From Eledone cirrhosa (Eukaryota): a stretch of DNA of 64,000 nucleotides. The stretch spans positions 48,670,001-48,734,000 of the forward strand of contig OZ024744.1 of NCBI GenBank assembly GCA_964016885.1, given 5' to 3'. The translations under genes were made by a program, and so were the position numbers. The notes beneath the pieces were generated by a model that did not search any database, was not told the origin of the DNA, and saw only the letters and a program-made list of their open reading frames with translations. Shown piece after piece: positions 1 to 14,343 of this stretch; the first letter of the stretch is position 1; each line of letters begins with the position of its first letter.

Positions 1-427
1 TGCTAGCGTGGAAGAATGGACGTAAAACAGTGATGATAATGATGATATATATATATATATGATGGGATGGATTCTGCTGGTTTTTAAAATGCCCAAGAAA
101 TGTTGTATGACATTTTGGCACCTCTATATTCCCACCAGGATTTATGGCTTCATACACATACACACATACATTCACACAAAGCAAATTATAAACGTAAACA
201 TGTAAGTATGTTTTTGAAACGGTGCGCGAGTTTGAAATTAGACGGCAACACTCATCTTTTTCCATTTCTCCGAGGGTTATAAACCCCACTTTCAGGCTAG
301 AAATTTCTTTAGTCTAAAATACGGTGAAAGCCTATAATTTCTAATTTCTAATATATATATATATATATTAGAAATTAGAAATTATAGGCTTTCACCGTAT
401 ATATATATATATATATATATATAGTAA

Positions 428-600
428 TAATTGTTTCTACTTTAGGCCAGCAATTACCCAGTGCATTATTGGTACTTTATTTTATCGACCCCGTTAGGAT
501 GAAAGGCAAAGTCAACCTCGGCGGGATTTGAACTCAGATCGTAAAGGGACGTAACTATGCTGGAAAGCATGGCGTCCAACCCTCCACCGATACTGCCAAT
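428..600 (-). mobile_element. SINE family A copy (tRNA-derived head; central GCCTTTCATCC..GGGGTCGATAAAATAAAGTACC domain)
   Basis: Reverse complement matches the full copy at 21464-21651; B-box-like GAGTTCAAATCC; AT-rich 3' tail. Confidence 0.85.
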
Positions 601-623
601 ATAGTAATAATAATAATATATAT

Positions 624-943
624 GGAGACACATGGCTTAGTGGTTAGAGCATTAGTTAGTTCAATTCTCAGACCGGGTGATGTTGTTTCCTTGAGTAAGA
701 CACTTTATTTCACATTGCTCCAGTTTACTCAGCTGTAGAAATGAGATGATAGGGACTGGGGTCCCTATCATTCCACTGCAAAGTGGTCGTGGAGGTGCCA
801 TGGCAAAAAAGCACCCAGCACTCACTGTAAATGAGGTTGGTGTTAGGAAGGGCATCCAGCTGTAGAAATCAAGCCAGAATCAGTTCCCATCCCACTCTTG
901 CAAGCAGGGAAAAGCGGACATAAAATGATGATGATGATGATGA
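624..943 (+). mobile_element. SINE family B copy (tRNA head, CORE-like CCTTGAG(C/T)AAGACACTT, RTE-derived 3' end, (TGA)n tail)
   Basis: A-box-like TGGCTTAGTGG, B-box-like AGTTCAATTC; near-identical to 17636-18022, 21667-22012 and 29617-30010. Confidence 0.85.
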
Positions 944-948
944 TATAT

Positions 949-1043
<95 letters not shown>

Positions 1044-1432
1044 GGCAGTGCAATGCATTGCCAGTATCCTTAGAATATGAACAACATGCTTTGTGGCATA
1101 GAGTTTACAGCCCTTACATTCTGAATTCAAATCCCCTTGAGCTTAGCTTTGCCTTTCATCCTTACAAGCTCAATAAAATAAAACACCAACAATACACTGG
1201 AGTCAATATAATTGAGTCCCTCTCCTCCAACATTTGTTGGCCATGCACCTAAATTAGAAACTATTATATATATATATCATCATCATCGATTAACATCTAT
1301 CTTTCACACTAGCATGGCTTAGATGGGTTTGTCCCATTTAGAGGCAAGTTGACCATGTCTCGCTCATATAGGAGTGTTTCTGGCTGGTTTTCTACAGCTG
1401 GATGCCCTTCCTAACGCCAACATATATGTATA

Positions 1433-1525
<93 letters not shown>

Positions 1526-1799
1526 GATTTGGGGCCTGACAGCTAAGCATAGATTTTTGTAGTATGTTCAGAGTTTTATGATGTTAGTAGATTAATTATA
1601 GTGGATTAACCTTAAATCAACCATCAATATACTGTTCATTTGAAAATCATTTATTTTCAAATGTACACAATATTAATGGTTGATTTGGGATTAGTCTACA
1701 ATAATCAGTCTATTAAGATCATGAAATTCTATGCTTAATAACCATGCATTAATTCAGATATTGTATGTGTACATATATTTAAAGTCACACACACTTACA

Positions 1800-1975
1800 T
1801 TATGTAATATAAAAATATAATATAATATAATATAAAATAATGTAATATAATATAATATAATACAATATAATACAATATAATATAATATAATATAAAATAA
1901 TTATAATATAATACAATATAATATAATATAATATAGTATAATATAATATAATATAGTTTAATATAATACAATATC
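1800..1975. repeat. (ATATA)n pentanucleotide microsatellite
   Basis: Direct inspection. Confidence 0.95.
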
Positions 1976-2532
1976 TATACATCTAAATTATATTAAAGCA
2001 AGGTCTGCAGGACTGTGGACAGTTTTTTTTTTTAATCCCGTTAGTAAAATAAGTTGGATTACTTTGAATAAATAATGAATGAATATTACATAATTTATCT
2101 ACTAAATTTCGTAAACAAAAATAATTTCGTAAAAATAAATAATTTATAATTGACTTCTTTTCAAAATTGCACTTCCGGTATATCATTGCCACCACCACCC
2201 CTTCAACTACCATATATGTATAGAAAGAGAGAGTGTGTGATGTCAACACTTCCGGTGGCGATCACATAAATAAACATACTAATTTTCTGTCACTAATTTT
2301 TTCCTAATGCAGTTTATATATAATATAGATAGTCTTTTTTTAATGTATCATGGATTACGTTACTGATTACATAAGACAGTGTAATAGCGTCTTGGTTCAA
2401 TTTCTGTTTATATTGTCAATTACAATTTTATTTGATATATCATATCTACATGTGTATATACTTGCGTATAATATCAATATACACACTACACATGATAGCA
2501 GAAAACCACCCAAAGGGTGGTTTTTCTGCTAG

Positions 2533-3939
2533 TATATATAAAACTGAATTTGTCTGTGTGTGCCCTAATTTTTGCAAAGTCAATACAAATCCACATTTCT
2601 ACTTCAATTGACTTCAAACTTGCATTTATATATTCCTTGCATTAACTGCAGCTTTTATTTTTTAATTTTCTGTTGTTAAAGGGGTGTTAGGCACCGGTTA
2701 TCGATCTCTCTCTTTTTCTTAGTCTGTCTTTTTAGATAGATACATAGCTATAATGCCGCGCCCTTATAATATCTGTCTGTATGTCTGGCTGTCTACATTA
2801 TAACATTATGAAAACATTGTTCTCATTGCTGACGTACTATCTTCGTTATTTTCTGTTCATTGCCAGGGAACGTCTTCACGAACCAAAGTATCATCTTCCT
2901 GTTTCCCTTCTTTTGCAACGTTTTTCAAAATATTTACTTCTGCGTTCACAGATTGATTTTTTTAGTTTCAGAAGATCCCATAAAGGGTGAAAGCAACGAT
3001 TATTTGCTTAAACTTTAATCTGTTATTTTAATATATATATATAATTATATATTCGCATACACAAAAACAAAATATAAACAAACGTATTTATTTCATGAAA
3101 ACACAGACGGCTTATTGTCATTGTTACTGCCGATATGCCACCCAAAAATCCCACTACTTTTGGCACAAGGCCAACAATTACATAGTCAATGGTTCAGAAA
3201 TCACATGTATCACTGACAAGTTTACTCCTTACTCTACCAGTTAGTCTTAGTGTACTTCGTCCTGCTTTTAGGTCATGCCTCGAAGGAAGAGATACTCCAT
3301 TGGTCAAAATACTGCGAAAGCAGCAAGAAAAAGAACAAGGCGGGCAAATGAATCGTCAGTGGAATCTGCTATTCGATGGTTGCAAGATGCTGAAAGTACT
3401 GCCACCAGAAGAACACTTGAAACAGACAACCAACAAACCATTCGCCGAACCGTGTCAGCTTTGCAATGTCTATCAACAAATCCCAGGGTCAGACCCTAGC
3501 TGTTGCTGGTCTTCTTTTGAAAGAGTCATGTTTTTCACATGAGCAACTATACGTTGGCTGCTCAAGAGTTGGAAGCAAGACAAATCTCTTTGCATATGCC
3601 CGACACGGAAAAACAAGGAGGATTGTTTACAAGGAGGTGCTACAATCATTGTTTAGGTAGACGAGGCAGAAAGGGATATACATGATTCGCTGAAGAAGGA
3701 CGAGACTGTGTTAGTAGTATGACCAACGGCTGCTATCACACCAACAGCAGCAGCAAAAACAACAACAAAAAAGAGAGGGAATGCAATTACATGCTTTTGA
3801 AAAATGATTTGCCTAAACACGTAATGTAACACCATCCGCAGGCCGAGTTATTCCGTACTTCTCTGTACTGTTTCAGAAAGGAGGGATAAATATGCCAATC
3901 TATGTTTAGAAGCCGAGCAACACCGGGCCATTCTGCTAG
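2533..3939 (+). mobile_element. Non-autonomous Helitron (internally deleted RepHel remnant)
   Basis: 5' TATATATAAAACTGAATTTGTCTGTGTG resembles the Helitron 5' end at 63927; 3' hairpin CCGAGCAACACCGGG followed by CTAG|T at 3936-3940; 2700-3095 and 3826-3872 match the reverse complement of parts of 62050-62820. Confidence 0.8.
3460..3660 (+). pseudogene. Helitron PIF1-like helicase C-terminal fragment
   Basis: SINKSQGQTL..CFSHEQLYVGCSRV..T.RIVYKEVL matches SF1/PIF1 helicase motifs V-VI of RepHel proteins. Confidence 0.85.
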
Positions 3940-3986
3940 TAATATAATATAATATAATACAGTATAATATAATATAATATAATATT

Positions 3987-4403
3987 ATTGTTTCTACTTT
4001 TGGCACAAGGCCAGCAATTATCCAGTGCATTACTGGTACTTTATTTTATCGACCCCATAAGGATGAAAGGCAAAGTTAACCTCGGTGGGATTTGAAATCA
4101 GAATGGCAAGGGCCGTAACTATGCGTCAAAGCATGGCGTCCAACACTCTACCAATACTGCCAATCCAGTGCCATAATATAATATAATATATAATATAGTA
4201 TAATATAATATAATATAATTTAATTGTTTCTACGTTAGGCACAAGGCCAGCAATTAACCAGTGTATTACTGGTACTTTATTTTATCGACCCCGTAAGGAT
4301 GAAAGGCAAAGTTAACCTCGGCGGGATTTGAACTCAGAATGGCAAGGGCCGTAACTCTATACGTCAAAGCAAGGCGTTCGACCCTCTACCAATACTGCCA
4401 ATC
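3987..4403 (-). mobile_element. Two adjacent SINE family A copies (3987-4167, 4223-4403) separated by (ATATA)n
   Basis: Both match the family A sequence. Confidence 0.85.
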
Positions 4404-4404
4404 T

Positions 4405-4970
4405 GTATAATATAATATAATAGTATAATATAATATAATATAATAGTTAATATAATATAATATAATATAATATAATACAATATAATACAATATAATATAA
4501 TATAATATAATATAATATAATATAATACAATATAATATAATATAATATAATATAATATAATATAATACAATATAACATAATATAATATAATATAATATAA
4601 TATAATATAATACAATATAATATAATATAACATAATATAATATAATATAATATAATATAATATAATACAATATAATATAATATAATATAATATAATATAA
4701 TATAATATAATATAATATAATATAATATAATATAATATAATATAATACAATATAATACAATATAATATAATATAATATAATATAATATAATATAATACAA
4801 TATAATATAATATAATACAATATAATACAATATAATATAATATAATATAATATAATATAATATAATATAATACAATATAATACAATATAATATAATATAA
4901 TATAATATAATATAATATAATATAATATAATATAATATAATATAATATAATATAATATAATATAATATAA
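4405..4970. repeat. (ATATA/ATACA)n pentanucleotide array
   Basis: Direct inspection; source of the spurious YYIIL ORFs. Confidence 0.95.
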
Positions 4971-5448
4971 TCATCATCATCATCATCATCATCAACGTTT
5001 AACGTCCGTGTTCCACGCTTGCATGGGTTTGGACGGGGGTAGTCCCACTTGAGGCAAGAGTGATTTTCTTGCTCGCATAGGACTGTCTGGCAGGTTTTCT
5101 ACAGTTGGATGCCCTTCCTAACACCAACCACATTTACAGTGTGGGTCTGGGAGGTTTTTACCGTGTTGCCTACACGGCCACATTACAGCGTGGACTGTGT
5201 GTTTTTTTGTCGTGACACCTACACGATCTCATTTGTTTCGGCCTGGATGGCGCGGCACCAACATAACTTTACATAGAACGGGGTGGTGTGGATGGGGTGG
5301 GGGTTGTGGTGGTGGGACGTGGTGTATTTTGTTAGAGATGCCTACTGGCAAGGCGGGTCTTCTCTATTACTGAGTACCGCCAAAGGTCTCGGTCCAGTGA
5401 CATTGTCTTGGTGAGGTGTAAGTGTGTGAGGTCGGTGTTTATCAGCTC
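4971..5448 (-). mobile_element. RTE LINE 3' end (ORF terminus, 3'UTR, (TGA)n tail)
   Basis: ELINTDLTHLHLTKTMSLDRDLWRYSVIEKTR*, then GGTTGGTGTTAGGAAGGGCATCC..CCCATGCAAGCGTGGAACACGGACGTTAAACG and (TGA)n. Confidence 0.8.
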
Positions 5449-6750
5449 ATATAATATAATATAATATAATATAATATAATATAATATAATATAATACAAT
5501 ATAATACAATACAATATAATATAATATAATATAATATAATACAATATAATACAATATAATATAATATAATATAATATAATACAATATAATATAATATAAT
5601 ATAATATAATATAATATAATATAATATAATATAATATAATACAATATAATATAATATAATATAATACAATATAATATAATATAATACAATATAATATAAT
5701 ATAATACAATATAATATAATATAATATAATATAATACAATACAATACAATATAATACAATAAAGTACAATACAATATAATATAATATAATATAATATAAT
5801 ATAATATAATATAATATAATATAATATAATATAATATAATATAATATAATACAATATAATATAATATAATATAATACAATACAATACAATATAATATAAT
5901 ATAATATAATATAATACAATATAATACAATATAATATAATATAATATAATATAATATAATACAATATAATATAATATAATATAATATAATATAATATAAT
6001 ATAATATAATATAATATAATATAATACAATATAATACGATATAATATAATATAATAAAATATAATATAATATAATACAATATAATACAATATAATATAAT
6101 ATAATATAATATAATATAATACAATATAATACAATATAATATAATATAATATAATATAATACAATATAATATAATATAATATAATATAATATAATATAAT
6201 ACAATATAATATAATATAATATAATACAATACAATATAATACAATATAATAGAATACAATATAATACAATATAATATAATATAATACAATATAATATAAT
6301 ATAATATAACATAATATAATATAATACAATACAATATAATATAATACAATACAATATAATACAATATAATACAATATAATACAATACAATATAATACAAT
6401 ATAATATAATATAATACAATATAATATAATACAATATAATATAATATAATATAATATAATACAATACAATATAATACAATATAATACAATACAATATAAT
6501 ACAATATAATATAATACAATATAATATAATATAATACAATACAATATAATTCAATATAATATAATATAATACAATATAATATAATACAATATAATATAAT
6601 ATAATATAATATAATACAATACAATACAATATAATATAATATAATATAATATAATATAATATAATATAATATAATATAATATAATATAATATAATATAAT
6701 ATAATATAACATAATATAATACAATATAATACAATATAATATAATATAAT
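5449..6750. repeat. 1.3-kb (ATATA/ATACA)n pentanucleotide array
   Basis: Direct inspection; abuts the SINE A 3' end at 6750. Confidence 0.95.
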
Positions 6751-6864
6751 ACTTTCGGCACAAGGCCAGCGGATACCCAGTGCATTACTGGTACTTTATT
6801 TTATCGACCCTGTAAGGATGAAAGGCAAAGTTAACCTCGGCGGGATTTGAACTCAGAATGGCAA
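6750..6864 (-). mobile_element. SINE family A, 5'-truncated
   Basis: Matches the family A 3' half. Confidence 0.8.
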
Positions 6865-7219
6865 AGAATATAGATAGGGACTCTGTCTTGAACTTAACAG
6901 TTAGACAAAATAAGATTGTTAAGTATAATACTATAGTAGTGTGGTAGTATAGCATCAGTTTGTGGTGGTGTGGGGATTGTGTGTGCATATAGTTGGTGTG
7001 GTGTTCGTGGGTCTCTCTCTCTCTCTCTCCCTCTGCATACACACATACACACACACACACATATATGTATTTATGCTTATATATGTAGTGGTGTGGTGGT
7101 GTTGTATACTGGTGTATAAAAATGCTTAGTGTGGTGTTGGTGTGTTTCTCTCTCTCTCTCTCTCTCCCTGTGTATATATATATATATATACACACATATA
7201 TATATATATATACACACAC

Positions 7220-7270
<51 letters not shown>

Positions 7271-7309
7271 TATATATATATATATATATACGAATATATA
7301 TATATATAT

Positions 7310-7346
<37 letters not shown>

Positions 7347-7367
7347 AATATATATATATATATAGAT

Positions 7368-7404
<37 letters not shown>

Positions 7405-7433
7405 CACACATATATATATACACCCATATATAT

Positions 7434-7464
<31 letters not shown>

Positions 7465-7515
7465 CAAATATTTACATATATATTTATATACACATATAGA
7501 TATATATATATACAA

Positions 7516-7558
<43 letters not shown>

Positions 7559-7589
7559 TATATATATATATATATACAAATATATACAC

Positions 7590-7621
<32 letters not shown>

Positions 7622-8252
7622 TTATGCATATATATATGTAGTGGTGTGGTGGTGTTCTATACTGATGTATACAGATGGTTAGTGTGGTGTTGGTGGGGTC
7701 GATATATAACATTCATTGGCGTTGTGGTGTGTTTACCCAAGCAGGCTTATCAATTCTGTACCAACAAAAGAACTCTATTCGTGTGTATAACAGGATCAAA
7801 ACATACATTATACACGCACATATAAATCTATATATATTTATGTGTGTGTGTGCATGTGTGTACATATATGTGTGTGTCTATTTATGTATGGATATTTATA
7901 TTTTATATACATGCATACATCCACACAGGCATGCACGTGCACACACACACACTCACGCGCACACACACTCACACACACATACACACACACATATGCATAT
8001 ATACATATTGATCATTGAGGCGGGTGTACGCATAATTGAAAATAAATTGTGTGAATAATGTTTTCAATTATTTGGTCCTGTACAAGAAATAAAAGAAATA
8101 TATATATATATATATTTTTTTTTACTTCTTATACAGGACCAAATAATATATATAAATATATACATGTGTATATATATATATCATCATTATCATCACCATC
8201 ACCATCACCATTTATATATATTTACACATACATATATATGTAAATAAATATA

Positions 8253-8376
<124 letters not shown>

Positions 8377-10378
8377 CATATATATTCATATATATATATT
8401 CATATATATATACATATATATATATTCATATATATATATTACCCATGCAAGCGTGGAAAAACAGACATAAAAACAATGATTTTATATATGTATATATACA
8501 TATATGTATGTATCATGATGATGATGATGATGATGACACAAATATATATGTAAGTATACTTATTCATCACCCCTCCTGCACACATATATATCCATTCATG
8601 CTTCACAAATGATAACATTTCTTTTGTAAAATGAGCAGAATTTTCCAAACTTTGTAGTTAATAAAAATTAATTTTTGAATGCCATAAAAAACACTCATGT
8701 AGAAAAATTGCTTGCCATATATATTGCTATATATATATATGTGTGTGTGTATATATGAATATACATCCCTTTGTGTAGAAATCCCATAGGCATGAAAATA
8801 TAAACATACACACACACATGCGCGTGCACACACAGACGCACACACACATATATACATATATGTAGAAATCACAACAAAAAGCACCCAGCAGACACTGTAA
8901 ATGTGGTTGGCATTAGGAAGGGCATCCAGCTGTAAAAATCTAGACAGTAACAGTTCCATATGAGCAAGACACAATCACCTTACTCAACTTACCACAAACA
9001 GGACAACCAGTCTAACCCAGGCTATCATGGAAAGTGGACGTTAAATGATTGTGAAGATGATGATGATGATATATATATACATACACACACAATAGGCTTC
9101 CACACAATTTGTGTCTTCCAAATTTCACACAGAAGGCTTTGTGCACCTGAGGACACTTACCCAAGGTGTTACATAGTGAGACCAATCTTTAAACCCTAAG
9201 ATTGCACCTATATTGTATCCTCGTTTTTAGAGTACATACACCAAATCTCTCTGAATGTCCTAAGAAGTGATTAAAAAGGCTGATGTCAGGAGAGGTATCC
9301 GTCATTGTCTCCAAACACCTCATCCTTCCAATGCCAGTATAGAAAAGCTAATGAAAAATCTATGACAGCTGATTAAACACTCATGTACTCCCATAATTTT
9401 TTTCCTGTTTTTCCCATTGTTACTCTTGTCTATCTTTTTATTTCTTATTCTATGTTCTGATGAAGGACTAACATCTGAAAAGTTAATACTCTTTTCCTAC
9501 TACATCAAGAATTAGACTAATGCTTATCATCATTATACTGTATTGTTACCCTGTGTTTTTTTCTTCATGGACTTTTCACATACATATCTAAGTCGTTTGT
9601 CTTTATATTTCTAACCATAATATTTTATGTATTTATCTCTGTTTTTGTTGAAAGACACCCCTAAAGTTTCCTCCCCAAACTTTGTTTTACTATCATCTGA
9701 CATGCATCTTACCAGCAGATGGATCTTCAATCTTGTGCAATACTACCTAAATGTACAAAATTGCATGCAAGCATGGTGGCTGATGAAGTAAAGATGCAGC
9801 TGTCTGTTTATCTTATGTAACTGTGTGCATTTTCGGTTGATACTATATTAGTACTGAAACCATGAGAGCTCTAGTGGTCGACTGATAAGAAGGGACTGTA
9901 CTGTGTTTCATCTGTTTTTCTGTTGTCTTTGCCCACCACTTTTGATTCATATATATGCACCTAATGGTAACATGCACTGCTTTTCAAAAACTGAAGTTTT
10001 AAATCATGTGACCCCTTACACCTCTATTTCTTCGTTGTTCTCTCCCTATAGTCCACTCCTTCCTTATTTCTCTCTATTTTCCCCCACCTTCTTCTTCTCT
10101 AGCCTTTAACTCATCCTTGTATATTTCATCCCTCATCATCGATAGAGAACAGATTTCTCTTTTTCAGTACCGCATCCCAATCACTTTCTTCTGCACACTG
10201 GCATTACATGTGCAATATTACCATAATTCGTGAAATTGCATGCCAGCCAGGTGGCTGATGAACATGATTATATATATATAAATTGATGCTAATAATTATA
10301 TATATATGAGAGAGAAAGAGAGAGAGAGAGAGAGAAATATTTATAGATATGCATCATCATCATCATCACCATCATTTA

Positions 10379-10409
<31 letters not shown>

Positions 10410-10436
10410 TACATATATATATCTTCTTCATCTCCC

Positions 10437-11018
10437 TCGTTTAATGTCCATCTTCCACGCTAGCATGGGTTAGACAGTTTTGTTCCATTTGATGCAGGAA
10501 TGGTCAGGAGACCATGTCTCGCTTGCACGGAAATGTCCCTGGCAGCCAGTCTTAGCCTGTAGAACAATAATAAATAGGAGGGGGCTAAGAACAGAGCCCT
10601 GGTGAACCCCTACTATTATGCTAAATTCATCACTATATTCATTAATTCTAACCTTGCTGACTGTTCCTCTATACATGGCTTGTATAGTTCTCACAAGCCA
10701 TTCTTCCACTCCTAGTTTTCTAAGAGCCCACCAGATTAAGGTGCGTGGGAACCTGTCAAAGGCCTTCTCCAGGTCAACAAAAGCTAAGTAGAGGGGTTTA
10801 CTGTTAGCTAGGTACTTCTATTGTAATTGCTGTACAAGGAAAAGAGCATCTATGGTACTTTTACCTGGCACAAACCCAAACTGCATTTCATCTAGATCAA
10901 TTTGGTCTCTAATCAGTTGAGTAATAACTCTTTCTGTGACTTTCATGATTTGGTCAACTAATTTAATACCCCTATAGTTTCCTCTATCCAAGGCGTCTCC
11001 TTTGCCCTTGTAACAGTT
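10437..11018 (-). mobile_element. RTE-clade LINE reverse-transcriptase fragment joined to an RTE-type 3' tail
   Basis: [61 protein letters not shown] with one in-frame stop. Confidence 0.9.
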
Positions 11019-11116
11019 GATGATGATGCTGATACACCAGTCATTTGGTATGACCCCATTCTGTATTACTTCTCTCTCTTCTCCCTTCTTTCACTCTCTC
11101 TCTCTCTCCCCCCCCC

Positions 11117-11341
<225 letters not shown>

Positions 11342-11999
11342 TATATATATATCCAGAGAGAGAGAAAAAAGTGAGAATTTATACATAAGTGTATGTGTGT
11401 AGACATATGTGCACGCATGTGAGTGTGTGTGAGTGAGTGAACGTGTGTGTTGTGTGTCAGAAAATATTGCCATCAAGGGGGAGATGATGAGATGAGGAGA
11501 CAAGGAGACAAAACTGCTGATGTGAAGAAGAATTTCCCCATATTTGAGAAGAAGAAGAAGAAGAAGAAGAAGAAGAAGAAGAAGAAGAAGAAGAAGAAGG
11601 AGGAGGAGGAGGAGGAGATTGAATGAATGAATAAATATATATTTAATGACAAATTATTAATGATGGTTTCGTCTGGTGTCCTTAAGTAGCAATGTTTGTG
11701 ATGGATGTAGTGGTTCATGGAGACAGAATTATGCACACACATACATTTAGACAACATTCTGTTTAATATCGACTTCTGTATGTCTCTTGCCAAGTGGTGG
11801 GTGTTAGGGTAGGGTGGAAAAGCTTATTCTTTTTCTGGTTTATTCAATGGTTGGACTGCGGTCATGCTAGGGCACCAGCTTCAAGGGATTTTAGTCAATC
11901 ATATCAACTGCAGGCCATATATGTCATTATATATATGTACACAGACAGATATATATATATGTATACATACACACACACACACAGACACACACACACACA

Positions 12000-12330
<331 letters not shown>

Positions 12331-12611
12331 TCTAAGTGGAAATATTCAACAAATTCTACTGGTTTTCAACCACCTTAATTTGATTTCTATACTTTCTTAA
12401 TATTTTGTTCTTTCTTTCTTTTTCCACCCTTACATAATACAATATATCTTCTATACTACTCTACTTCATACATTAATAAATATTATCATCTCTATATTAG
12501 ATTCCACCACACAATACTTCTGCTATAGCCTATGAACACTAACGCATGTACAATTTCAAATTTACATCTTGGATTTATTTCCCTTTGTTAATATGATAGA
12601 TCACTAGTATT

Positions 12612-12985
12612 ATCATCATTTTACTTCTGCTTTTCCATGCTTGCATGGGTTGGATGTGTCTTTTCCAGCACAGCATCACTATGTTCATTGCAGTCTTTTG
12701 TATGTCTTCAGGGATTCTAGATCAGCTCTTACAACTACCATCAAGATTTTCTTTCGTCTCCCTCTACTGCAGCTTCCTTGCAATGGGATATCTTGGCACC
12801 TTTTTTTCTCAATGATCATCACCATTACTCATCTCATGACCATACCAGTGCAGTCTTCTCTCCTGCACACTATATCTGATTCCTCTTATACCTAGTTTTT
12901 CTTTCAGTTCCCCATGCCTTGTCTTTCACGCACGTTAACATTGCTCATCCATTGAAGCATACTTGTTTTATTTCTCTCTGCATAC
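12612..12985 (-). mobile_element. Decayed RTE LINE 3' fragment
   Basis: ERNKTSMLQWMSNVNV..LGIRGIRYSVQERRLHWYGH; tail AACCCATGCAAGCATGGAAAAGCAG. Confidence 0.75.
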
Positions 12986-13964
12986 ATATATATATTTGTG
13001 TGTGTATGTGTGTGTGTATGCGCGCGCGCGCGCGCGTGTGTGTATGTATGTATATATGTGTATATATATATATGAAATTCATACACATATTTATTATATA
13101 CACTTGGTGTCAAACGGAAAAAAGTTAACAAGGTGTGATGTGAAAGCCAAGCCTCTTAACATCACCTTGAGTATGTGTTCGTTGTCAAGCCAAGAACACC
13201 AACATCATGGTTTCTGTCCCAACTCAAGTAGGTGATTTGACAAGTTGACTTGATAAAGTGCCTCGTCCCATTTTGGTAATGAGAGGGGAAAATGGGACAT
13301 CATGTGTGTAATGATCGATAAATATTTAAATCATTTTGGTTTTTAATGAGTGTGTGTCTGTGTGTGTGTGCATGTGTTTCTGCATGTGTGTGTGTATATA
13401 TATTTATATATATGTATATATATATATATATATAATGTGGGTGTGTATTTATATTTTTATGTATGTATATATATACACATATATATGTATGTATATATGT
13501 ATATATGTATGTTTGTATATATGTATGTATATATGTATGTATGTGTATGTATAGTGTAAGTATGTACATGTGCATCAGTGTACAAATGTATATGCAGTCT
13601 TTACCCTCCATCTCTCGTTATATATATATATATACACATATACATATACATATACACATATATATATATACATATACATATATACATATACATATACATA
13701 TATATACATGTACATATATATATATACATATACATATATACATATATACATATATACATATACATATATATACATATAGATATTCATATATATATATACA
13801 CACACACACACACATTTACATACTTACACACTCATATATACGCATAAAAAGAGACACACGGACACATGAGTGTGTCTCTCTTGTCAACTTCATTTCACAT
13901 ATAATTTCTCAATATCTTGTGTGTTTAATAACATTATTATAATTGGGTAACTATCAACATTAAT

Positions 13965-14295
13965 ATCATCCTCCTCCTCACAACCATCATCATCATCATC
14001 ATTATCACCATCATCACATTCAACATCATCATCATCATCATCATCATTATCACCATCATCACATTCAACATCATCATCATCATCATCATCATTATCACCA
14101 TCATCACATTCATCATCACCATCATCATTATCACCATCATCATATTCATCATCATCCCCATCATTATCACCATCATCATCACATTCATCATCATCATCAT
14201 CATCCTCATCATTATCATCAACATAATCACCATCAACTCCATCATCATCATTATCAACATAACCGTCATCACCATCATCACCATCACCATTATCA
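13965..14295. repeat. Compound (CAT)n microsatellite with higher-order units
   Basis: Recurrent CATTATCACCATCATCACATT unit within (CAT)n. Confidence 0.9.
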
Positions 14296-14343
14296 CTCCT
14301 ATATATATATATATCATCATTTAACATTCATTATTCCAGACTA

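Noticed and set aside
3690-3720. CTGAAGA hammerhead core (also CTGANGA hits near 9780, 15902, 52324, 55517 and 55716)
   Set aside because: No correctly placed stem II, GAAA or stem I
4364-6785. Long YYIIL ORFs (up to 447 aa)
   Set aside because: Translations of (TATAT)n that are open in several frames; not genes
13890-14327. Asp-rich ORF resembling molluscan acidic shell proteins
   Set aside because: It is a (GAT)n microsatellite continuing from a retroelement tail; no signal peptide or splice support
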